A stretch of DNA of 32,000 bases, taken from assembly GCA_044508115.1 (NCBI GenBank), contig JBIQII010000001.1, positions 1,547,799-1,579,798 of the forward strand, read 5' to 3'. Every line of letters starts with the position of its first letter. The first letter of the stretch is position 1. Below are positions 9,203 through 17,782 of the stretch, in pieces. The translations under genes were made by a program, and so were the position numbers. The notes under the pieces were generated by a model. That model worked only from the letters and a program-made list of their open reading frames with translations. It did no database searches and was not told where the DNA came from. The DNA comes from a bacterium (GTDB lineage: Bacteria; Armatimonadota; Fimbriimonadia; Fimbriimonadales; Fimbriimonadaceae).

Positions 9203-9860
9203 ACCGTCGCTCGGCCAGAATCGAACGGCGACCTCCCAAAATCATCACCGTAATCATTCCCGCTAAAAAACCCCCGACATGCGCCCAATTCGCCACTCCT
9301 TGTTGTGGGAAAAACACCTGGAACCCAAACCAAAGCAGAAGTAGCACCCAGCTTGTGACCACAAATGGCCAAAAGAAAAACGGCGGAATCATCACCCGCA
9401 CTTGCGACCCGGGGAACAGCAAGAAGTATGCGCCCAGCACCCCCCCGATCGCGCCCGAAGCGCCAACGGTGGGGCTCTCAGAATTGGGATTCACAAAAAT
9501 ATGCGCGGCCGAAGCACACAACCCCCAAAACAGATAGTACAGCGCAAATCGAGGGCCGCGCAATGCTTCTTCAACCGCGGGTCCGAATACGGCGAGAAAC
9601 ACTACGTTTCCAAACAAATGCGCTAAGTTTCCGTGCAGAAACATGCTCGTAAAAATCTTCGCCGCTTCTAACGGATCGCCCTGGCCCGTAAAAACAAGCA
9701 AGACCTGGCGCGGCCGCATAGCGAGATCGGCAAACGCCATATTTGGACCGAAAAATCCAAAGTTTCGGTCCCAAAGGTAAATCGCCACGTTCAGCACCAC
9801 CAGGGTGTAAACCAGCACCGGTGTCTGTTTCCGCAAAAGATTATCGCGGAGGGGAATCAT
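9174..9860 (-). CDS. Rhomboid family intramembrane serine protease
   Basis: This is a 228-aa polytopic protein. It carries FLHGNLAHLFGNVVFL, the catalytic G-x-S-G motif (VGASGAIGGVLGAYF) and the catalytic His segment AHVGGFLAG. Its 3' end overlaps the next gene by 29 nt. Confidence 0.9.
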   Translation of the reverse strand: MIPLRDNLLRKQTPVLVYTLVVLNVAIYLWDRNFGFFGPNMAFADLAMRPRQVLLVFTGQGDPLEAAKIFTSMFLHGNLAHLFGNVVFLAVFGPAVEEALRGPRFALYYLFWGLCASAAHIFVNPNSESPTVGASGAIGGVLGAYFLLFPGSQVRVMIPPFFFWPFVVTSWVLLLLWFGFQVFFPQQGVANWAHVGGFLAGMITVMILGGRRSILAERRFEEDSEFED

Positions 9861-10105
9861 GGCTGGCCCATGTTACACGCTATGCGTCTGAAAATTGTGC
9901 CAACTGCCCGCACGGCGGTCTCGTAAAGGCCGAATTCGTTCCGGGTCTTATCGAATAGTCCAAGATCGGGTCCAAAGGGTACTATGCGACTTCGCCGTTA
10001 CTGAAGTTTTGATTTCGTTGCCGAGACTTCATTGATTGGCGATTCGTGATTTAGCCATCTTGGCGACCATTGGACCGGTCTTCCAATTTGGCGATTGAGT
10101 CGCAC

Positions 10106-10981
10106 ATGTTCAGTCCGCTTGCATTGGTTTTGGCGGTGGCTACGGTTGGCCCTGCCCCGGCCCCCCGCGTTCTTCCGCCCGCGCCGGCCTTCTCACGTAC
10201 AACTCGTCGGCCCGGAAACATATACGGATCGGTGCTTGTACTGATGTACCATCGCACCGGCCCGGACGAAAAGTACATGGTCCGATCCCACAAGAAGTTC
10301 CGCGCCGATCTTGAACGACTCCACCGACTGGGCTACCGACCCGTGACGCTTGCCGAATACTCCGAAAATCGAATGCCTCTGCCCCGAGGAGCATCGCCCG
10401 TGGTCATCACGTTCGACGACAGCCATCCCAGCCAATTTCGACTGCTGCCCGACGGGCAGATTGATCCTAATTCGATGGTCGGAATCTGGCGTTCTTTTGC
10501 CAAAAAGCATCCAGATTTCCCCGTCAAAGCGACATTCTTCGTGCTCCCCAACGGACCGTTCGGTCAGCCAAAATCGGCCGAGCGCAAGTTGGAGCTGCTC
10601 AAAGAGTGGGGTTGCGAAGTCGGAAGTCACACCATGCATCACGAAAACCTCGCCAAACTTACCGATGCGCAGGTCCGCAAAGAGCTTGGTGAATCGTATC
10701 AGTTCGTCCAAAGTTTAGGTTTTGAGCCGACCAGTCTAGCTCTGCCGTTCGGAATCCTCCCCCAAAATCGTGCGCTCACCGAACAGTTTACATTTTCCGG
10801 AAAAACCTACCGATATTGGAACATTTGCTTGGCCGGATCGTCGCCCGCCCCATCGCCGAACTCTGCTCGATTAAATCGTCTGCGTATTCCGCGCGTGCAA
10901 GGTTACGATGGTCTTTACGGAATACACTATTGGCTCAATCGGCATAAGAAGTACCCTTCGAACGTTTACGTCCAACCATGA
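10106..10981 (+). CDS. Polysaccharide deacetylase (NodB homology domain), exported
   Basis: NodB motifs are present: VVITFDDSHPSQF (the TFDD motif) and GSHTMHH (H-[ST]-x-x-H), plus VLMYHR. The track start is TTG 10070. I prefer ATG 10106 (MFSPLALVLAVATVGPAPAP, a hydrophobic leader). The stop overlaps the next start as ATGA at 10978-10981. Confidence 0.82.
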   Translation: MFSPLALVLAVATVGPAPAPRVLPPAPAFSRTTRRPGNIYGSVLVLMYHRTGPDEKYMVRSHKKFRADLERLHRLGYRPVTLAEYSENRMPLPRGASPVVITFDDSHPSQFRLLPDGQIDPNSMVGIWRSFAKKHPDFPVKATFFVLPNGPFGQPKSAERKLELLKEWGCEVGSHTMHHENLAKLTDAQVRKELGESYQFVQSLGFEPTSLALPFGILPQNRALTEQFTFSGKTYRYWNICLAGSSPAPSPNSARLNRLRIPRVQGYDGLYGIHYWLNRHKKYPSNVYVQP

Positions 10982-11664
10982 TTCACTCCGTTCCCGCAAG
11001 CAAACCGATCACGCTCAAAGATGTCAAAGCGAACCCTAAAGTAAATTCGCTTATCACCGGCGCCAACGAACTGCTTAACGGAATGGGGTTCACCGAGCAC
11101 GGGCATCGTCATGTGGGAATCGTGGCCGGAATAACCAAGCACATTATGGAACGGCTCGGCATGCCCGAGCGTGAAGTCGAACTCGCCCAGATCGCGGCCT
11201 ATTTGCACGATATCGGAAACGTCATCAACCGGGTCGACCACCCCATCAGCGGGGCTGGAATCGCATATCGGTTGCTCGACGAAATGGGCATGCCTACCGA
11301 TGAAATCTGCCCGATTCTGGGTGCAATCGGCAACCATGAAGAGTTACTCGGCACCCCCGTTAGCGTGATGTCAGCCGCCCTCATCGTGGCCGACAAGAGC
11401 GATGTTCATCGATCCCGGGTGCAAAATCCAATGATGGAAACATTCGATATCCACGACCGCGTGAACTATGCCGTGGAAAAATCGCGCGTGGAAATGGAGC
11501 GCGAAACCAAAACCATCAAGCTCATTCTTCAGCTTGATAGCAGCTTTGCCACGGTAATGGAGTACTTCGAAATCTTCCTCAACCGCATGGTAATGTGCCG
11601 ACGCGCAGCCGCACTTTTCGGCTATCGGTTCAGCCTCCAGGCAAACGGAACTTTGCTGGAGTAG
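10978..11664 (+). CDS. HD-domain metal-dependent phosphohydrolase
   Basis: This is a 228-aa protein. The HD-superfamily signature is H...HD: HGHRHVGIV followed by AAYLHDIGN. It is translationally coupled to the deacetylase through an ATGA overlap. Confidence 0.85.
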   Translation: MIHSVPASKPITLKDVKANPKVNSLITGANELLNGMGFTEHGHRHVGIVAGITKHIMERLGMPEREVELAQIAAYLHDIGNVINRVDHPISGAGIAYRLLDEMGMPTDEICPILGAIGNHEELLGTPVSVMSAALIVADKSDVHRSRVQNPMMETFDIHDRVNYAVEKSRVEMERETKTIKLILQLDSSFATVMEYFEIFLNRMVMCRRAAALFGYRFSLQANGTLLE

Positions 11665-12000
11665 TTATTCCGCGCCGAATTTACCGAGCTTGGCTCCGCC
11701 TAGCAAATGAGCGTGCAGATGCGGAACGGTTTGCCCGGCGTCATCGCCCTGATTGATGACGAGCCGATAACCGTTTTCCAGCCCAAGCTGTTCTGCTACA
11801 TGTTTGGCTACATTTAATATCCGCTGATGCGCGCCCGATTCCGGCAGATGCGCGAGTCCGGCAATCTCTTGGCGGGGCACAATCAGCACATGGACCGGTG
11901 CTTCCGGTGCAATATCCCGAAACGCGACGATTTCTTCATCTTCGTAAACGATATCGGCGGGAATTTCCCGATTGATGATTTGCGTGAAAATCGTGGGCAT
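11665..12000 (-). CDS. HIT (histidine triad) family nucleotide hydrolase/transferase
   Basis: This is a 111-aa protein with the histidine triad HLHAHLLGG near the C-terminus. The N-terminus (IFTQIINREIPADIVYEDEEIVAFRDI) is typical of HinT-like proteins. Confidence 0.9.
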   Translation of the reverse strand: MPTIFTQIINREIPADIVYEDEEIVAFRDIAPEAPVHVLIVPRQEIAGLAHLPESGAHQRILNVAKHVAEQLGLENGYRLVINQGDDAGQTVPHLHAHLLGGAKLGKFGAE

Positions 12001-12009
12001 GGTCGGATT

Positions 12010-13392
12010 CTACGCCACCGTTCGGGGGTCCGTGATGTGCCCGGTTAGCGCGGTGGCCGCGGCGGTCAGTGGACTCACGAGGTGGGTCCGCGACCCTGGA
12101 CCTTGGCGACCTTCGTACGGACGGTTACTGGTGCTCGCGGATCGTTCCTGCGGACGAAGAATGTCGCCATTCATACCCAAACACATGCTGCATCCGGCAT
12201 GGTGCCATTCGAATCCGGCACTCTTGAAGACTTCATCCAGCCCCTCTTGGATCGCAAGGTTTCGTACCGATTCTGAACCCGGCACGACCATGGCGCGAAC
12301 TCCGCTAGCCACTTTGCGGCCTTGGACTAAAGACGCCGCAAGACGCAGATCTTCGATCCGGGCGTTGGTGCAACTTCCGATAAACACGGTATTGATCGGC
12401 AGCTCTTGCATCGCCACACCGGGTTTGACGCCCATATACATTTGGGCACGTTCCTCGGCGGCATCTTGCGGTTCGGGAATGGCTTGATCCACATCCACGG
12501 TCATCGCGGGAGTGGTTCCCCAGCTGACTTGCGGCTTGAGGTGGTCTACATCCAGTGATTCGTCGCGGTCGAAAACGGCTTCTGAATCGGTGGGCAGGGT
12601 CCGTGCGTATTCGACCATCCGGTCAAACTCTTGGCCCTTGGGTGCATACGGCCGGTCCTGATCGATGTAAGCAAACGTGGTGTCATCGGGAGCGACCATT
12701 CCGGCCCGGGCACCCATTTCGATACTCATGTTACAGATAGTCATCCGACCGCTCATGGTCAAAGAACGGATCGCAGAACCTGCATATTCGGCCACATAGC
12801 CGGTAGCTCCACCCGCACCAAGCTTACGAATAATCGCCAGGATAATATCTTTGGCCGTAACCCCTTCGGCCAGAACGCCATCAGCCGTGATCCGCAAGGT
12901 TTTGGGCTTGCGAGAAACCCGAAGAGTTTGAGTGGCCAATACGTGTTCGACCTCGCTCGTCCCGATCCCGAAAGCAAGTGCTCCAAAAGCTCCATGCGTC
13001 GAGGTGTGGCTATCACCGCACACCATGGTCAGGCCCGGGAGGGTAAGACCAAGTTCTGGGCCAATAATATGGACAATTCCCTGTCGAGGATCGTGGTATC
13101 CAAACAGGGGAATGCCGAATTCCGCCGCGTTGCGGTTAAGAGCAGCGAGCTGTTTTCCGCTCAGGGTCCGCTCGTCAATCGCACGGCCATCGGTGGGAAC
13201 GTTGTGGTCGACGGTGGCAAAGGTGAGATCAGGTCGCCGAACCTTTCGGCCCGCTTGGCGCAACGCGTCGAACGCTTGCGGAGAGGTGACTTCGTGCACC
13301 AAGTGCCGGTCGATATAGAGGAGGGTTCCGCCGCCATCTAGATCGCGAACTTTGTGGAAATCCCAAACTTTTTCAAACAGGGTTCTGCCCAT
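12010..13392 (-). CDS. leuC: 3-isopropylmalate dehydratase large subunit (aconitase family)
   Basis: This is a 460-aa protein. The N-terminus is [15 protein letters not shown]. The Fe-S ligand motifs are [27 protein letters not shown] and [14 protein letters not shown]. Confidence 0.92.
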   Translation of the reverse strand: MGRTLFEKVWDFHKVRDLDGGGTLLYIDRHLVHEVTSPQAFDALRQAGRKVRRPDLTFATVDHNVPTDGRAIDERTLSGKQLAALNRNAAEFGIPLFGYHDPRQGIVHIIGPELGLTLPGLTMVCGDSHTSTHGAFGALAFGIGTSEVEHVLATQTLRVSRKPKTLRITADGVLAEGVTAKDIILAIIRKLGAGGATGYVAEYAGSAIRSLTMSGRMTICNMSIEMGARAGMVAPDDTTFAYIDQDRPYAPKGQEFDRMVEYARTLPTDSEAVFDRDESLDVDHLKPQVSWGTTPAMTVDVDQAIPEPQDAAEERAQMYMGVKPGVAMQELPINTVFIGSCTNARIEDLRLAASLVQGRKVASGVRAMVVPGSESVRNLAIQEGLDEVFKSAGFEWHHAGCSMCLGMNGDILRPQERSASTSNRPYEGRQGPGSRTHLVSPLTAAATALTGHITDPRTVA

Positions 13393-13422
13393 CGATACTC
13401 TTACCTATTCTACGCGGAATGA

Positions 13423-16206
13423 ATGGTGAGAGCCCAAATTCCCACCGCCCCTTCAGAGCCGACCGGGACGGATGGCGGTACCCTGCCTCTCATGCCAGAC
13501 GCGCTTCTTGGCCTTGATCCTGCGCGGTACGGACTTTCCGAATTCCTTAGCCGCGATCTTCAACTTATCGACCGTCTACTGGGTGAGGTTGTCGAACAGC
13601 ACGAAGGCAAGCAGATCGGGCAGGCGTGCCGCGCACTTTTTGAACTAGGGCAGTCAAATCCGGAAGCAGACCCGATGGATGAAATCGCGGCACTCGCCGA
13701 TCCTGCCTCCGCCCGGAAAGTTGCCCGAGCCTATACCGTCCTTTTCCAGCTCATCAATATCGCCGAACAAAAGGAGATTATCCGGGTCAACCGCGCACGG
13801 GCGCACCGCCCCGAAAGCATCCAGCGAACTCTGAGCTCCCTGCGCGATTCTGGCCACACCCCGCAAGATCTGCGCGCTCTCCTCGAAAACATGAGGATCG
13901 CCCCCACTCTCACCGCGCATCCCACCGAAGCACGACGCCGCGCGGTGCTCGATAAGCTCGAAGCGATTGCGCGCTTACTGGTGGAAACATCGCGGCCAGG
14001 ACAGGAGATCGACTTATCGCGGCCACTTAATTCCGAATCGATGCCAAACCGCGATTTGCATCGTCAGATGAGCCTACTGTGGCAGACCGCCGAAATGGAG
14101 CCCGGCGGGATGAGCGTGCGCGACGAGGTGGAAAATGCTTTGTACTACTTCGAGCAGTCGATTTTCCGCGTTTCGGGTTGGATTCAACGCGATCTCACCG
14201 AAGCCTGGCGCGATCTTTTCCCCGATGAGGCCATGCCGAAGTTCGAGCAGGCGTTGCAGTACCGTTCGTGGGTCGGCGGAGATCGTGATGGGAACCCCAA
14301 TGTTACGCCCGAAGTCACGGCCCAAACGCTGCGACGACACCGAGAGGTTTTTGTCAATCACGCCGTTGAGCTGTGTCATAAACTCGCCGCAGAGACAACC
14401 CAGGCGGCAGATTCAATCGAAGACCGCGGTGAGCTGGATGCCCTGTTCCAACGGTGGACTTCCCAAGGAATTCCGGACGGTTCCGCCGAACCGATGCCGT
14501 TTGCCTGGGCGTTTTCGCAGATTGCAAAGCAGTTGAAAGCAGATTCGCGCTATGCCCGGGAATCGCTCGCCCGAGACATCGCCGCACTTCGGACCGCGCT
14601 CATTCAGTCTGGATCAGAGATTGTCGCCCAGTCGGGCACGTTTGCTCGCCTTAACCGTTTAGTAGGAGCTTATCCTCAAGGGATCATCCCTCTGGATATT
14701 CGCCAGCACTCGGACGAGCATGTTGATGCGGTGGCCGAGCTTTTGACCGCTGCCGGCGCAATCTCGACTCCCGAGGAGTACAGCCAGGCCGATGAACAAC
14801 GCAAAGCCGAACTGCTCTGGGCCGAACTCGCCAATCCTCGACCGCTCGTGGGGCCGGAGTGGCGGGGCTCGGAAAAGACCGAGCAAGCCCGGGCCGTGTT
14901 CCGCACGATTCGAGAGGCTCAACACGAATTCGGGCCCGATTCGATCCGGGCCGCAATTGTCTCGATGACCCACGGGGTGAGCGATCTGCTGGAACCAGCG
15001 ATCCTCGCCAAAGATGCGGGTCTACTTCGATATCAAAACAGTCAAATCGAATCCACGGTGGATTTCGTCCCCCTCCTAGAAACCATTGACGACCTCAATT
15101 TTGGAGTTGAACTTTTTGAATCCTTATTGAACCATCCGGTCTATCGGTCGATTCTCAACTCTCGAAGCGATACACAGGAGGTCATGCTTGGTTACAGCGA
15201 CTCAAGCAAAGATGGGGGCTATTTTGCCGCGAACTTGGCATTGTATCAGGCGCAGAGCTCACTTGCCGACATCGTTCAAAGGCACGGCTACAAAATCCGG
15301 TTCTTCCACGGACGCGGCGGAACGGTTGGTCGCGGCGGTGGGCGTGCGAATCGGGCGATTCAGTCTCAACCTCCGGGTGCGTTTTCGGGAGACATGAGGT
15401 TTACCGAGCAGGGAGAAGTCATTTCGTTTCGATACTCATTGCGCCCGATTGCGCATCGGCACCTTGAGCAGATCGTGAGCGCCGCGATTCTGGCCGCCGC
15501 CCGCGGGAACGAGCAGCCTGCCGTGAATCAAGAGTTTCTCCAGCTTGCGGAAAGAATCGCTGATGCCTCGCGCCAAACCTATCGCGCCCTTATTTACGAT
15601 GACCCGCAATTTCTTGAGTTCTTTCGCCAAGCGACTCCGATCGACTATGTTTCTCAGCTCAGCATCGCAAGTCGACCGGTGATGCGGCCGGGGAAAAAGC
15701 TCGACTCGCTCGATGGTCTGCGCGCAATCCCATGGAACTTCGCGTGGGTTCAAACCCGATACGTGGTGCCCGGCTGGTACGGACTTGGATCGGGGCTGGC
15801 CGCGGTCGGCGAATCAAACCTGGGGGCACTCCAAAGGATGGCCGCGGAGTGGCCATTTTTTGCCACCGTTATGGAGAACGCCGAGCTCGAGCTCATTCGT
15901 ACGGACCTCGCAACCGCAAAGCTCTATCTGCGTCATGTTGAATCCACACTTGCGAAATCGTTTCATGGCCGAATCGAATCCGAATTTGCTCTTGCCGCAG
16001 AATGGTTACAGAAGATGCTCGGTCGACCTCTGATGGATGGCTCGCGAGTGGTACGCCAAACGGTCGAATTTCGGAACCCGATTACGCTCCCGCTCAACAT
16101 GCTACAGGTTGCCCTGATCGGGCAATCACGTCATGGGCAGCAAGTCGACGCCGCGATTTTGCAGACTTTGGCCGGTTTGGCCGCGGGAATGCAATCCACC
16201 GGATAG
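13423..16206 (+). CDS. ppc: Phosphoenolpyruvate carboxylase
   Basis: This is a 927-aa protein. The PEPC signatures LTAHPTEARRR, GYSDSSKDGG and FHGRGGTVGRGGG are present, and the C-terminus is MQSTG. The start could instead be ATG 13492 (MPDALLGL), because only 30 bp separate 13423 from the divergent leuC start. Confidence 0.95.
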   Translation: MVRAQIPTAPSEPTGTDGGTLPLMPDALLGLDPARYGLSEFLSRDLQLIDRLLGEVVEQHEGKQIGQACRALFELGQSNPEADPMDEIAALADPASARKVARAYTVLFQLINIAEQKEIIRVNRARAHRPESIQRTLSSLRDSGHTPQDLRALLENMRIAPTLTAHPTEARRRAVLDKLEAIARLLVETSRPGQEIDLSRPLNSESMPNRDLHRQMSLLWQTAEMEPGGMSVRDEVENALYYFEQSIFRVSGWIQRDLTEAWRDLFPDEAMPKFEQALQYRSWVGGDRDGNPNVTPEVTAQTLRRHREVFVNHAVELCHKLAAETTQAADSIEDRGELDALFQRWTSQGIPDGSAEPMPFAWAFSQIAKQLKADSRYARESLARDIAALRTALIQSGSEIVAQSGTFARLNRLVGAYPQGIIPLDIRQHSDEHVDAVAELLTAAGAISTPEEYSQADEQRKAELLWAELANPRPLVGPEWRGSEKTEQARAVFRTIREAQHEFGPDSIRAAIVSMTHGVSDLLEPAILAKDAGLLRYQNSQIESTVDFVPLLETIDDLNFGVELFESLLNHPVYRSILNSRSDTQEVMLGYSDSSKDGGYFAANLALYQAQSSLADIVQRHGYKIRFFHGRGGTVGRGGGRANRAIQSQPPGAFSGDMRFTEQGEVISFRYSLRPIAHRHLEQIVSAAILAAARGNEQPAVNQEFLQLAERIADASRQTYRALIYDDPQFLEFFRQATPIDYVSQLSIASRPVMRPGKKLDSLDGLRAIPWNFAWVQTRYVVPGWYGLGSGLAAVGESNLGALQRMAAEWPFFATVMENAELELIRTDLATAKLYLRHVESTLAKSFHGRIESEFALAAEWLQKMLGRPLMDGSRVVRQTVEFRNPITLPLNMLQVALIGQSRHGQQVDAAILQTLAGLAAGMQSTG

Positions 16207-16347
16207 CCCGGTAAATCTTACTAAAGAAGCGCTTCGTGGCTCCCGACCATTATTGTTGAACGAAGCAGAACGGAACGCAACGACGTTCGCAAAAAACGTT
16301 TTGACTTCGATTCAGCATCCAGGGAAAGAAGCTGAAAAGAGGGTATG

Positions 16348-16382
16348 GGCACCTCCAAAAGGGTGGGGGTGCCACTTTTTTT
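16348..16382 (+). terminator. Rho-independent terminator downstream of ppc (possibly bidirectional)
   Basis: A 9-bp stem pairs 16348-16356 (GGCACCTCC) with 16365-16373 (GGGGGTGCC), including one G-U pair. The loop is 8 nt. The hairpin is followed by AC and a run of 7 T (16376-16382). It lies between the convergent ppc gene and the 16403-16972 gene. Confidence 0.6.
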
Positions 16383-16402
16383 ACTGAAACGTTTCGGGGA
16401 TT

Positions 16403-16972
16403 TTACTGACCGCCCCCGGCACCACCGACTCCCGGCGGCGGAGGAGGAGCTCCGCCCGGTTTGAGATCATCCTCGTGTTGGGGAACGTAGATGTTAACCA
16501 TGTTCGCATCGCGGTCGTAGCTTACGGTCGCACCCAGCGATTCCGAAAGGAAGCGGAGCGGAACCATTGTCGATCCGCTTACGATCTGTGCGGGCATGGG
16601 AATCCATTTTTCTTGATTGTTCACCAGTGCCTTATTGGAACCGATCTGCATTACGACCTCGATTCCTGGCTTGTAGGCACTCACAATCTTCTTATCGACA
16701 TCCCAGTCGACCCGCGCCCCGATCTTTTCGAACACACCGCGAACCGGCACCAGGGTATGCCCCCCTTTGATAAACGGTTGGGCGGTGGCAAAATGGACAT
16801 CTTCACCGTTCACCGTGACAACCATAGATTGGCGCTTGGCCGGCTCCACTTGTCCGGTGACCATAGAATAGGCGAGCATTGAGGCGATCATTGTCATGGA
16901 ACCTAATTTAACGGCTCGGCCGGAAAATTTGTGTAAATTTATTCGGATGCGCACGTAGAATTTGATATGCAA
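16403..16972 (-). CDS. Copper amine oxidase N-terminal-domain-like ('stalk' domain) exported protein with a Pro/Gly-rich tail
   Basis: The sequence VNGEDVHFATAQPFIKGGHTLVPVRGVFEKIGARVDWD...ALVNNQEKWIPMPAQIVSGSTMVPLRFLSESLGATVSYD matches the two-lobed Cu_amine_oxidN1-type repeat pattern. The C-terminus is PGGAPPPPPGVGGAGGGQ. The start is uncertain: ATG 16972 gives a long basic leader, while ATG 16897 (MTMIASMLAYSMVTG) is an alternative. Confidence 0.72.
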   Translation of the reverse strand: MHIKFYVRIRINLHKFSGRAVKLGSMTMIASMLAYSMVTGQVEPAKRQSMVVTVNGEDVHFATAQPFIKGGHTLVPVRGVFEKIGARVDWDVDKKIVSAYKPGIEVVMQIGSNKALVNNQEKWIPMPAQIVSGSTMVPLRFLSESLGATVSYDRDANMVNIYVPQHEDDLKPGGAPPPPPGVGGAGGGQ

Positions 16973-17050
16973 TTTATTTTTATGAATCCTTAACCGATAC
17001 AGGCCCCGAGATTATTCCGGCTACCGCCCTGATTGCATTAAAGTTGCCAC

Positions 17051-17566
17051 ATGGTCAGTCCGGTCCAATACTTTAAGTCTGCTCATGCTTTACGGCGTGG
17101 CGGTTGGGGGGAGATTGTCTTCGCAGGACTTGCAACCGTCGCGGTGGCAGTGATCGGCTCCTACGTTACCCAGCAAGCGACCGATAGCAATTGGTACAAC
17201 GCGCTTGCAAAGCCATCGTTGATGCCACCCTCGTTTCTGTTCGGGATCGCGTGGACCACGCTCTATGCACTCATGGTCATCAGCTACGGGGTCGTCCGCC
17301 ATCATGCGGATCGCCACGACTTCGATTTCCAAGCAATCTTCAGCGTGAATCTGCTGGTGAATCTCGCTTGGACCCTTGTCTTTTTTGGGCAACGTTCACC
17401 CCTGGGCGGCCTTCTCGTAATCGTCAGCTATCTCGCGATAGTGATCGCCATGGCCGCAATTTTTGCCAAGTATTCTCGACTGGCTGGATGGCTGTGCGTT
17501 CCGCTTTGTCTATGGGTAGCGTTCGCCACGTATCTGAACGCCAGCATTTTTATGCTGAATCAGTAG
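17051..17566 (+). CDS. tspO: TspO/MBR family tryptophan-rich sensory protein
   Basis: This is a 171-aa protein with five hydrophobic helices. Family-typical segments are WYNALAKPSLMPPSFLFGIAWTTLY, NLAWTLVFFG and LWVAFATYLN. Confidence 0.85.
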   Translation: MVSPVQYFKSAHALRRGGWGEIVFAGLATVAVAVIGSYVTQQATDSNWYNALAKPSLMPPSFLFGIAWTTLYALMVISYGVVRHHADRHDFDFQAIFSVNLLVNLAWTLVFFGQRSPLGGLLVIVSYLAIVIAMAAIFAKYSRLAGWLCVPLCLWVAFATYLNASIFMLNQ

Positions 17567-17782
17567 TCAGACCACCACCACCGTTTGGTTGGGATCGAAC
17601 TCAACGGTATCGCCGGGGAACAGTTTTCGTCCCCGGCGATTTTCGGCTTCGCCATTCACATAGACCGGATTCTCAGCAAGGAACTGCTTTGCTTCCGCGC
17701 CATCTTGCACAATGCCCGCGGCTTTAGCAAGTTGACCAAGAGTGATAAATTCGGTTCTTAGCGTAAATTCGGTTCGGCTCAT
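17567..17782 (-). CDS. Small S4-domain RNA-binding protein (YaaA/YbcJ-like)
   Basis: This is a 71-aa protein. The sequence ITLGQLAKAAGIVQDGAEAKQFLAENPVYVNGEAENRRGRKLFPGDTVEF follows the pattern of ribosome-associated S4-domain proteins. Its start overlaps the mntH stop as ATGA at 17779-17782. Confidence 0.8.
   Translation of the reverse strand: MSRTEFTLRTEFITLGQLAKAAGIVQDGAEAKQFLAENPVYVNGEAENRRGRKLFPGDTVEFDPNQTVVVV

Noticed and set aside
12631-13341. A 236-aa plus-strand ORF (and 11972-12487, 171 aa).
   Set aside because: Both are antisense to leuC, which has all three Fe-S cysteine motifs. They are shadow ORFs.
16261-16310. A small palindrome AAAACGTTTT and a 5-bp GAACG/CGTTC hairpin downstream of ppc.
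   Set aside because: Both are too short to distinguish from chance. The convincing terminator is the 16348-16382 hairpin with its T-run.
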